Below are positions 56,709 through 64,000 of a DNA stretch of 64,000 nucleotides, in pieces. Position 1 is the first letter of the stretch. The number at the start of each line of letters is the position of its first letter. A program made the position numbers and the translations under genes. This stretch comes from an uncultured Planctomycetota bacterium (GTDB lineage: Bacteria > Planctomycetota > Planctomycetia > Isosphaerales > Isosphaeraceae): assembly GCA_963845755.1 (NCBI GenBank), contig CAWJTV010000037.1:64001-128000 (forward strand), given 5' to 3'. The notes beneath the pieces were generated by a model. The model saw only the letters and a list, made by a program, of their open reading frames with translations, was not told where the DNA came from and made no database searches.

Positions 56709-59630
56709 TCACGGAAGAGACCGCGCGTAGCGAAGATCGACCCGCAGCCTCGACAGCTGGGGTGCCGAGGCGGCCAGCCGGCCGTCGAGATACACGTCGA
56801 GACCCTTGCGGCCGTCGCCGTAACGATCGGGCGAGCCGGCGATTGGCGCGTCCCAGACGACGGCGACATCGTGACCGTGATACTTTAGCCCATCGAGGAG
56901 GAAGAAGCTCAGGGCGTCGTCTGGCACCAGGGGATCGACTTCGAGCTGGTCATCGTCGCGCGGGACCACTCCGATCAGTTCGGGGATCAGGATATCCAGC
57001 CAGGTCGAATGGTTGTAGTCCCTCTCGGCCGTCTTCCACTGACCGTTGTCGCCGTTGTAGAACTCCCCGGTCCAGGGTTGTTCGATGTCCTGGTTACGGT
57101 ACTGCGCCTTGGTGAAGGAAAGGAACAACGCCCAGAGGTGCGCCGGCTTGAGCGGCGAGTCGCTGATATTCCGGTCCCGAGTGGCCCGGAGCGTCCGTGC
57201 CATGGCCGACATGACCAGTGAGTTGGCATGCGGCCAGGTCGGTCCGTTCCACATACAGCCCGCGGCTCGGCCGTCGCCCGGCCAGTTCGACTGTGAGTAC
57301 GCCTGGCACTGCCTCGACGCTGACGCAACCGGCCAGCGAGTCCAGAATTGCTCGGGGTCGAGGATCGAGGCCCATGCGGACTCATACCCGCTCCCCCACG
57401 GGATCATCCCGAAGTAGAAGGGATAGATGCCGATCACTTCCTTGACGTCGGCCACTTCATCGTTGTCGGCCCGCAGCGAGTAGAAGAAATGCTTCTCCGC
57501 ACGCCACATCTTGGCCGTCACCGCCGCGGCGATCCTGGTCGCGAGGACCTCGAATTCCTCGGCCTTACCGGGTTGACCGAGCAACCGGTAGATCCGACCC
57601 ACCGCGACGGCGTTGCCGTAATTGTACGACGTCAGATCCACTCGTTCGAGATCGACCGGTCGGGCAGGCTGAGAGAAGTCCTTGGAGGTCTTGTAGTTCG
57701 AGAAAGCGAAAAACGATGGCTGATATTCCATGCCGGTCCACCAGTGCGAGTTGACTCGCAGCAGGCCATCAGCGTCGGGATCATAGACCTTCTGCCAGCC
57801 GCGGACGTTTGCCGCCAGCTTCTCGACGATGTCCGCCAGGAACGCCTTATCGGGCTGGACGAGGTGCCCATCCCAGGCCGTCGAAGTGATCCAGTCGGTA
57901 TACTGGCCGTCGGACGGCCCGCGGGAGGTTACGTGGCTCGGATACACGCCGTCCGGTTTCGCATTCTCGGCCCAGGTGCGGAGGTGACCCTCCCAGTACT
58001 TCGGGTCGCGCAGCCAGCGGGCCTCTCGGATCTGGTGACCGGCTCCGTAGCTGATCACGTTGGGATACCAGGTGCTCCGCCATCGGCCTTCGCTCTGGGT
58101 TGGCCACAGCATCCGGCCCAGTTTCGGATCGAGCATGTTCTTTCGCAGGACGTAAGCGCGATGGGCGTACATCTTGCGGACCCACGGATCAGAGCAGTCG
58201 AAATACGGAACATTCTCATCGAACCAGGCGCGATATGCCCGGACCTGTGCCGCGACGAGATCGCGGTTGTCCTGGTCCTCGGGTCTGATGATCGCGTTGT
58301 GGATGGCGGGAGCCGCGAGGACCAAATCCAACTTCGATGGCTCGTTCGCGGGCCGAAGTTCGAGCGCGGACTTGAAGACCTTGGTCCGACCGGGGCCGAT
58401 GTGGTGGCCATAGAGCTTGAAGAGGTCGGAAGAATCATCCAGCACGGGCTTCGAGAAGCCGTCGAAAGGGGTATTGCGGGCGGCTCGGACGAAGCCGGCC
58501 TTCAAAGTGCGCGGGGGATCGTCCAGCACCGTGTAACGGAATCGGAAATCGACGGCGACTCCGTGCAGCTCCTGGCGGCCTTCGAGGGTCAGGGCTCGCG
58601 GCTCGCGACCGGAGACCTCATTGCCATCAAGCGGCACAAATCCCGAGACGCTGCCGATCGACTCATGGGCGAACGTCGTTCGGGGATGGATCATCGGGTC
58701 GAAGTAGATGGTCTGGACCTTGTCAGTCGGATTGTGGACTCGGATGACGGAGACCAACACATCATCAGCCGTGATGAATTTATCCGCGATGAATCGGAGC
58801 GGGCTGGCGGGAGGATTCGAGGCTTGCTGTGTCTCGAAGAGCGGCCTCAAGCCATAGATTCCGGTATAAAACCGGTCACCGGCATGCTGAAACCACAGGA
58901 GGAATCGCCGGGATCGAACGGGCTCAAATCGAATGCGGTTCTCCCCGGCCTTGGGCTGGTCGGGAAAGACCTTCGTGGGCTTGACGGGTGGGAACTGGCC
59001 GAGCTTGGCGTCAGGTCCACTCGGCCGGCGATCGCCGTAGAACACGCCGAAGGATTCAGGCGGACGACACTGTCCGGTCGGGGCGTCATCGAAGAAAAAC
59101 ACGTCGAATCCCGAAAGAGTCCGCGGTGTCGCGAACTCGATCATGTACCAATCCTGCCGCCGGCCGCTCGACCAGCACGTCCATCGCTTGTGCGGGTCGA
59201 AGGGCTCGGTCAACGGGTTCTCGACCTTGTCCAGCGCGAACGTGAACGAGGCCGAGGCGGTCATCGCTTTCCTCAACACGCCTTCGGAGTGGATGTGGCT
59301 GGGATAATACGTCAACCGCGCCGGGACGAGCAGGCTGTGCTCGTCGCGGATCTCGATGTCGTACGCGTTGAGGTTCGTCAGGTACAGCCAGTGTATATCG
59401 TCGCGAAAGGCCCAACCCTGGGGACTCGAGGCCCAGACGCGATCCCCCGTGCATCCCATCGGGACGTCGCGATCGTAAGGACGAGCGAGTATGTCGTCAA
59501 TCGCGTGCCGACTCGTGGGAAACACGCGGCCGATAGGCGAATCTCTGGGCGTCTCGGCACGCACCGATCCGAGCTGGCCCTGGCCGATCAGGACCGACAG
59601 ACACAAGCCCATAATTCGAACGGTGGTCAT
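56709..59630 (-). CDS. Secreted (alpha/alpha)6 glycoside hydrolase (MGH1/GH63-like) with F5/8-type domain
   Basis: Signal peptide; discoidin-like DWYMIEF...FDVFFFDD; WWTGME, CMWNGPTWP, GEFYN, DYNHST. Confidence 0.8.
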   Translation of the reverse strand: MTTVRIMGLCLSVLIGQGQLGSVRAETPRDSPIGRVFPTSRHAIDDILARPYDRDVPMGCTGDRVWASSPQGWAFRDDIHWLYLTNLNAYDIEIRDEHSLLVPARLTYYPSHIHSEGVLRKAMTASASFTFALDKVENPLTEPFDPHKRWTCWSSGRRQDWYMIEFATPRTLSGFDVFFFDDAPTGQCRPPESFGVFYGDRRPSGPDAKLGQFPPVKPTKVFPDQPKAGENRIRFEPVRSRRFLLWFQHAGDRFYTGIYGLRPLFETQQASNPPASPLRFIADKFITADDVLVSVIRVHNPTDKVQTIYFDPMIHPRTTFAHESIGSVSGFVPLDGNEVSGREPRALTLEGRQELHGVAVDFRFRYTVLDDPPRTLKAGFVRAARNTPFDGFSKPVLDDSSDLFKLYGHHIGPGRTKVFKSALELRPANEPSKLDLVLAAPAIHNAIIRPEDQDNRDLVAAQVRAYRAWFDENVPYFDCSDPWVRKMYAHRAYVLRKNMLDPKLGRMLWPTQSEGRWRSTWYPNVISYGAGHQIREARWLRDPKYWEGHLRTWAENAKPDGVYPSHVTSRGPSDGQYTDWITSTAWDGHLVQPDKAFLADIVEKLAANVRGWQKVYDPDADGLLRVNSHWWTGMEYQPSFFAFSNYKTSKDFSQPARPVDLERVDLTSYNYGNAVAVGRIYRLLGQPGKAEEFEVLATRIAAAVTAKMWRAEKHFFYSLRADNDEVADVKEVIGIYPFYFGMIPWGSGYESAWASILDPEQFWTRWPVASASRQCQAYSQSNWPGDGRAAGCMWNGPTWPHANSLVMSAMARTLRATRDRNISDSPLKPAHLWALFLSFTKAQYRNQDIEQPWTGEFYNGDNGQWKTAERDYNHSTWLDILIPELIGVVPRDDDQLEVDPLVPDDALSFFLLDGLKYHGHDVAVVWDAPIAGSPDRYGDGRKGLDVYLDGRLAASAPQLSRLRVDLRYARSLP

Positions 59631-60160
59631 TCGTGATGGGTCCTGACCTGGGACAGTAGGTCCCGTTGCGGCTCGTCCCCGTTGAGATGTCAACCAGGAC
59701 TGGTGATCTCTGATCAACCACCGACGACTCATCGATCTTCATCAGAGATCAAACGATCCCGGCGCGGAATCCCCCCCGGGAACGTGCGCCTGGACAGCAC
59801 CGCGGTTGCACAATGACGCGAATACCCGGAGTCGAACTGGTTCGAAACTCTGGGATCTTTAGGATACGAGCGCAGAGCATGAGGAGCGAACCGGGACGAT
59901 GCGGCGTGCTCGACGATGACCGGCGAGTCGAATCGGGTCTGCGCTACGGGCGAGTTACTTCTTGCGATGACGGATGCGGCTGCGCATTCGGCGCTTCTTA
60001 CGCCCTACCTTGCGACGTCCTTTGCCTCGTCGACGACTGGCCATGCGTTCTCCTCTGGGATCTCGGGAAGGCGGAATCTGGAGCACCTTCAATCCGCTCC
60101 CGGCCCGGCAGCCGGGAGAATCAACGAAACGCTGATTCTATACGGAGATCGCCCCGCTCC

Positions 60161-60956
60161 TCAAGGCCGACGTGCCGGCGAGGACTCGGCTTGCTCCCCC
60201 TCCGACCCCCGCAACATCTCTCGAAACCGGCGGGGCGAGCCGGCGTAAGCCAGGAGTTCGAACCCGTTGCGCCAGTGCCAGAGCATGCTCGAGTCGTTCC
60301 CGAGGATGAACGAGCTGACGAGCTGGGTGTAGCCGATCTCAAGCAACCCTCGCGATGCGAGGGCCAGCAGGGCTGTGCCGATGCCGTAGCCGGCCTGTCG
60401 GGGACCGACGAAGATCCACGTCAAGTGGGCATGACCCAGCCGCTGTTCCACGCAGGCCGGCGGCGGCGGTGTCTTCCAGCGGAGACTCCAGAAATCGTCC
60501 AGGTCGACCGGAGGAATCAACGTGACCAGGATCGCACCGATGGGACGACCCTGAGCCTGACTCACGGCGACGTGGCAGGCGGGATGAATGATCGGTCCAT
60601 CGCCACCATCCCGAGTGTGCTTCAAACAATCTCGCGATGCCTCGAGTCGTCGTCGATCGCTCAAGGCGGCGAACGGCTGGACCCGATGAAATGAGGCCGC
60701 GAAGATGTCGCGGAAGTCGGAGCCAGTCCTCATCCTCCAGCCGGCGAAGCGTCACAACCTCCTGGGCGTCGATTTCCGCGGGGGATTCGTTCCTGTCGGC
60801 TCGAAGGTCCAGCCGCGCGTTGTAGAACTTCGGACGCGGCGACAGACAAGCGGTCTTGTTAAAATACTCGTACTTATAGGCCGGATTGTGCGGCAAGCGG
60901 TGGAACTGTCTCCCGGTCAAGGGCAATTTGATGACAGAAAACCAGCGGTCGAGCAT
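60161..60956 (-). CDS. GNAT family acetyltransferase (frameshift near 60715)
   Basis: LPHNPAYKYEY N-terminus; HLTWIFVGPRQAGYGIGTALL, GNDSSMLWHWRNGF. Confidence 0.8.
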
Positions 60957-61334
60957 GGGCGATCCAGATCGGGTTCTGAAAGCATTGACAAGGGGCCGGG
61001 ACGCTCGGCACCGAAGATTCTATTGGACCAAGACTTACCGATCGCGGCCAGATGTCCTCGCCGCCCGAACCAGGCGTAGGATCGACGGAGCCTCGCGAGA
61101 GTTCCATACTCGCTCAGGATCCGCATTTTCCAGATTCACTCAAGTTCGAGGCGAACCTAGCCGATGCGGATCAAGAGATCGTTTCAGAATCGCATCGCCG
61201 AGACTGACGAGATCGTATAGGATGACAGTGCGGCGGGCCGATGATTGGTGTTGTCAGGATGACGGCCGGACCAGGACGCCGGCGCGGGCCAGATGCGAGC
61301 GCGACCCTACCCTAGGACGGGGAGATCGGGACCG

Positions 61335-64000
61335 ATGACGCACCGCAAGGGAGCCGTCTGGACCGAGCGCTTACTGCTGATTCTCATCGTGGCGAGTTTG
61401 GCCGGGACATTCAATCTCGTCCTGACCATGCATCGCCGTTATGATTCCTCTGCGACTCCTGCGCCGGCCGAGATCTCCAATTCCGCCCCAGTTCCTTCGA
61501 TCCCTCCTGTTCCCTCTGCCACCAAGGTTGCCGGGGCCTCCCAATCTTCGGCCAAGGGCACGTTACCTCCTCTCCCAGCGCCGTTGGCGCTGCCGGTGGA
61601 GGATCCCACGATCAAGGCTCTGGCCGGATTGGCTCGGTTGACCGAGAAGGAAGTCGATGCGGAGCAAGCGGCGGATCGTCGAACGGTGAAGCTGGAGACG
61701 GCAGCCAAGGCGGCGATCACGGAGTCCGCGCGCTGGAAGCGGCGCGAGGTCCTGGTCCGACAGCAGGTCGCCGCGCTCACCCAACGGGCCAAACAGATTG
61801 AGCAAGGCGACCTGGAATTGGAGGCGGAGCGGGACGTCCTCGCGCAAGAGCGGGACGCCTTGAAGGCGGCCCTCACCAAGGCGGGCCAGCATTCGGGGAA
61901 TGCGGTCCTCCCCTACAAGGGGCCCAATGGTACCTGGCGGCGGCCGATCGTCATCGAGTGCACCGGCAATGTTGCCGTGCTCCAGCCGCAGGGGAAAACC
62001 TTCTCGATGATCGAGCTCTCGCCTTTGATCCACCCGCGATCCAGTCCCGTGGTGCTGACAATTGCCCGGGAGATGATGCATATCCAGAATTCCGCCACGC
62101 CGGACGGGGCTCCGGCCGTGCCCTACCTGGTGTTCCTGGTGCGCCCGAACGGAATTCGTCCGTATTACGAGTCGCGGGCGCGCTTGGAGCCGTTAGGGAT
62201 CGCGTTCGGGTACGAGCTGATCGAGCAAGACCTGGTCGTGGAGGTCCCGGATTTCGATGATCTCACGACGTGGGATGGGTCCGCACCGTTGGACAAGCCC
62301 GCTCTGGCCTCGGCGAACCGTAACACGCGTTCCAGTAAGTCCTTGACCGCGGCCAATGACGCATCGGGAACTCAACCCTCTCGAATGTCGGGAGTATGGC
62401 CGCCCGACGATTCCGCGAGATCCGGCTCCTCGACGCCGGGTGCCTGGCCGCCGAGCCCAGAAAACGGAGGTCCGGCGGGATCCGGCTTCGGTCTCGGTCA
62501 GGACCGGCTGGCTCAAGCTGATGGTCTGCCGGGTCGGCCGGCCGGGTCTGGTGCGGATTCCGGACCACTTTCGGGAGAGCGTCTATCGACGGAGGTCGCT
62601 CTGGGAAGGTACTCCGCGCAGGGCAGTTCGCGTGGGAACGCCGGCCGCTCCCGTAGTGAGGATTCATCGCCCCAGGATTTCATCTGGCCCGGGAACTCGA
62701 CGAATCCCGGTCCCGGGAATGGGGGTGGCCCGGCCGCCACAGGCGCGGGAACCGGAGCTGATCGCTTCGCGGGAGATCGCACCGGCTCAGGCCCGGGCTC
62801 ATCACCTACCTACTCACCGCTGTCACCTGCACCGCACGCGAATGGAATGGGCAATGGCGGGGCGACCCTCGTCCCGCTGTCGTCCGCGACGGCCGGCCAG
62901 GCTGGTTCCGGGACGGAGATCGCTGGTAGGACCGCCGGGCGCTCCGGTCGGTCTCCTGGCACAGGATCCTCCGTGATGAATGCGGAGGGTCGAGGCGGAT
63001 TCCAGCCCGGCACAGGCGGAGCTGGATCGGCCGTGAGTTCTTCGGGCTCGGCGCCCGGTTCCTCCTCGACATCGGGGCTTGACAAGAACGGGTTCGGTCC
63101 TGGCGGCCCCGACCCTCTACCGGATCTGGAGCCCGCCCAAGATGGCTCGGTACCTGTACCTGCGACAGGCGGGCCGCTGTCGCGGTCGCCGTCCGCGTCG
63201 GGAGTCGCCAGTGAATCGTCCGGGACCGGCAAGAATCCATCCGGAACCGGTACGAACCCGACACGCGGCTCGGCCGCCTCGACGGGCGCCGGTGGTCAGG
63301 GAGGTCAACCGACGCCGGCTGACCCGAATTCCCCGGGTAGTAATTCACCCGCCTCGAGCGCCACGGGCTCGACCCCTGCGGATCCGGGCTTCCGAGCGTA
63401 TCCGGCCGGAGGTGCTACTCCCGGAGGCATCGGACCCGGCTCGGGAACTGCGGGATCGCAACCGGGCGGCGGTTCCGGCTCGGGAAACCTCGACTCGAAC
63501 ACAACGGGTGGCCCTGATTCACCCTCCCAGGCGACCGGCACGCCGCCTTCATCCGCGGGATTCAGTAGCGATTCCTCAGCCTCGGGACGATCGGTTTCCT
63601 CGCCGCCCAGCGGGCTGAATGGGGCAACCAACGCGCCGCCGGAACAGGTCGGCTCGTCACCCTCCCTCTCGCAACCTTCGCAACCGTTGTGGGGCTCGAC
63701 TCCCTCCGCGGATTCCATCGCGTCGACGGGCGGTTCGACGACTTCGAACCGCCTCCTGGGATCGATGATTTCGGGTGTCGGCTCGGAGAGTTCGGACGGA
63801 AGCTCCAGCAGTTCGGCGGGAGGTCAGTCGGGGGGGGCAGGGACACCGGCGCCCGGCTCGGGGATGAGTCTGCCGAGCCTGGGTGCGAATCCGGATTCCG
63901 ACTCCGATGCGATGAAGGAGTTCGTCCCGCCGATGATCTCGCCGCCGGACCGGCCGCCCGGAGCGATCGAGGTTCCGTTCGAGATCGTCGTCGTTTGTCG
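61335..64000 (+). CDS. Large membrane-anchored protein (TM, Pro-rich segment, coiled coil, conserved domain, long Gly/Ser/Pro linker); runs off the window
   Basis: Not in the ORF track because there is no stop; ATG 61335 MTHRKGAVWTERLLLILIVASL; PYKGPNGTWRRPIVIEC, YLVFLVRPNG; frame open to EVPFEIVVVC at the end. Confidence 0.8.
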   Translation, partial: MTHRKGAVWTERLLLILIVASLAGTFNLVLTMHRRYDSSATPAPAEISNSAPVPSIPPVPSATKVAGASQSSAKGTLPPLPAPLALPVEDPTIKALAGLARLTEKEVDAEQAADRRTVKLETAAKAAITESARWKRREVLVRQQVAALTQRAKQIEQGDLELEAERDVLAQERDALKAALTKAGQHSGNAVLPYKGPNGTWRRPIVIECTGNVAVLQPQGKTFSMIELSPLIHPRSSPVVLTIAREMMHIQNSATPDGAPAVPYLVFLVRPNGIRPYYESRARLEPLGIAFGYELIEQDLVVEVPDFDDLTTWDGSAPLDKPALASANRNTRSSKSLTAANDASGTQPSRMSGVWPPDDSARSGSSTPGAWPPSPENGGPAGSGFGLGQDRLAQADGLPGRPAGSGADSGPLSGERLSTEVALGRYSAQGSSRGNAGRSRSEDSSPQDFIWPGNSTNPGPGNGGGPAATGAGTGADRFAGDRTGSGPGSSPTYSPLSPAPHANGMGNGGATLVPLSSATAGQAGSGTEIAGRTAGRSGRSPGTGSSVMNAEGRGGFQPGTGGAGSAVSSSGSAPGSSSTSGLDKNGFGPGGPDPLPDLEPAQDGSVPVPATGGPLSRSPSASGVASESSGTGKNPSGTGTNPTRGSAASTGAGGQGGQPTPADPNSPGSNSPASSATGSTPADPGFRAYPAGGATPGGIGPGSGTAGSQPGGGSGSGNLDSNTTGGPDSPSQATGTPPSSAGFSSDSSASGRSVSSPPSGLNGATNAPPEQVGSSPSLSQPSQPLWGSTPSADSIASTGGSTTSNRLLGSMISGVGSESSDGSSSSSAGGQSGGAGTPAPGSGMSLPSLGANPDSDSDAMKEFVPPMISPPDRPPGAIEVPFEIVVVC

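Noticed and set aside
57348..59636. Long antisense ORFs (also 8574..10130, 13759..15069, 23346..24965, 29121..30698, 40440..41633)
   Set aside because: Shadow ORFs of high-GC genes on the opposite strand, with no recognisable motifs

Overview
GC-rich bacterial chromosome segment, very probably from a planctomycete (Isosphaeraceae-like). The assignment rests on LE.R.L(L/V) 'planctomycete extracellular' N-termini, membrane-anchored ECF sigma factors, Hanks kinases, giant TPR proteins, a Sua5-LMW phosphatase fusion and orphan TadE/TadG pseudopilins. There are about 38 genes. Housekeeping genes are accA, mlaEFD, a GT2 polyprenol-phosphate mannose synthase and a YbeD-like gene. The rest are transporters (Nramp, MMPL, TolC), three ECF sigma factors, two Ser/Thr kinases, hydrolases/oxidoreductases and secreted low-complexity proteins. 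I saw no rRNA, intact tRNA, CRISPR array, transposase or integrase. About 16 frameshifts or in-frame stops split otherwise well-conserved genes, including mlaF, which most likely reflects long-read sequencing error. Best leads: (1) a ~99-codon in-frame foreign domain inside the MMPL transporter, a candidate mobile protein-coding module; (2) a tandem pair of unannotated, mutually paralogous ~100-aa helical proteins; (3) a ~140-nt structured, 6S-like intergenic RNA candidate; (4) an ECF sigma factor fused to an RND membrane-fusion protein; (5) a giant TPR protein with a planctomycete kinase-type N-terminus but no kinase domain; (6) an exact 42-bp-period ACGAACCCAA repeat. All family calls come from motif recognition by eye; no database searches were run.
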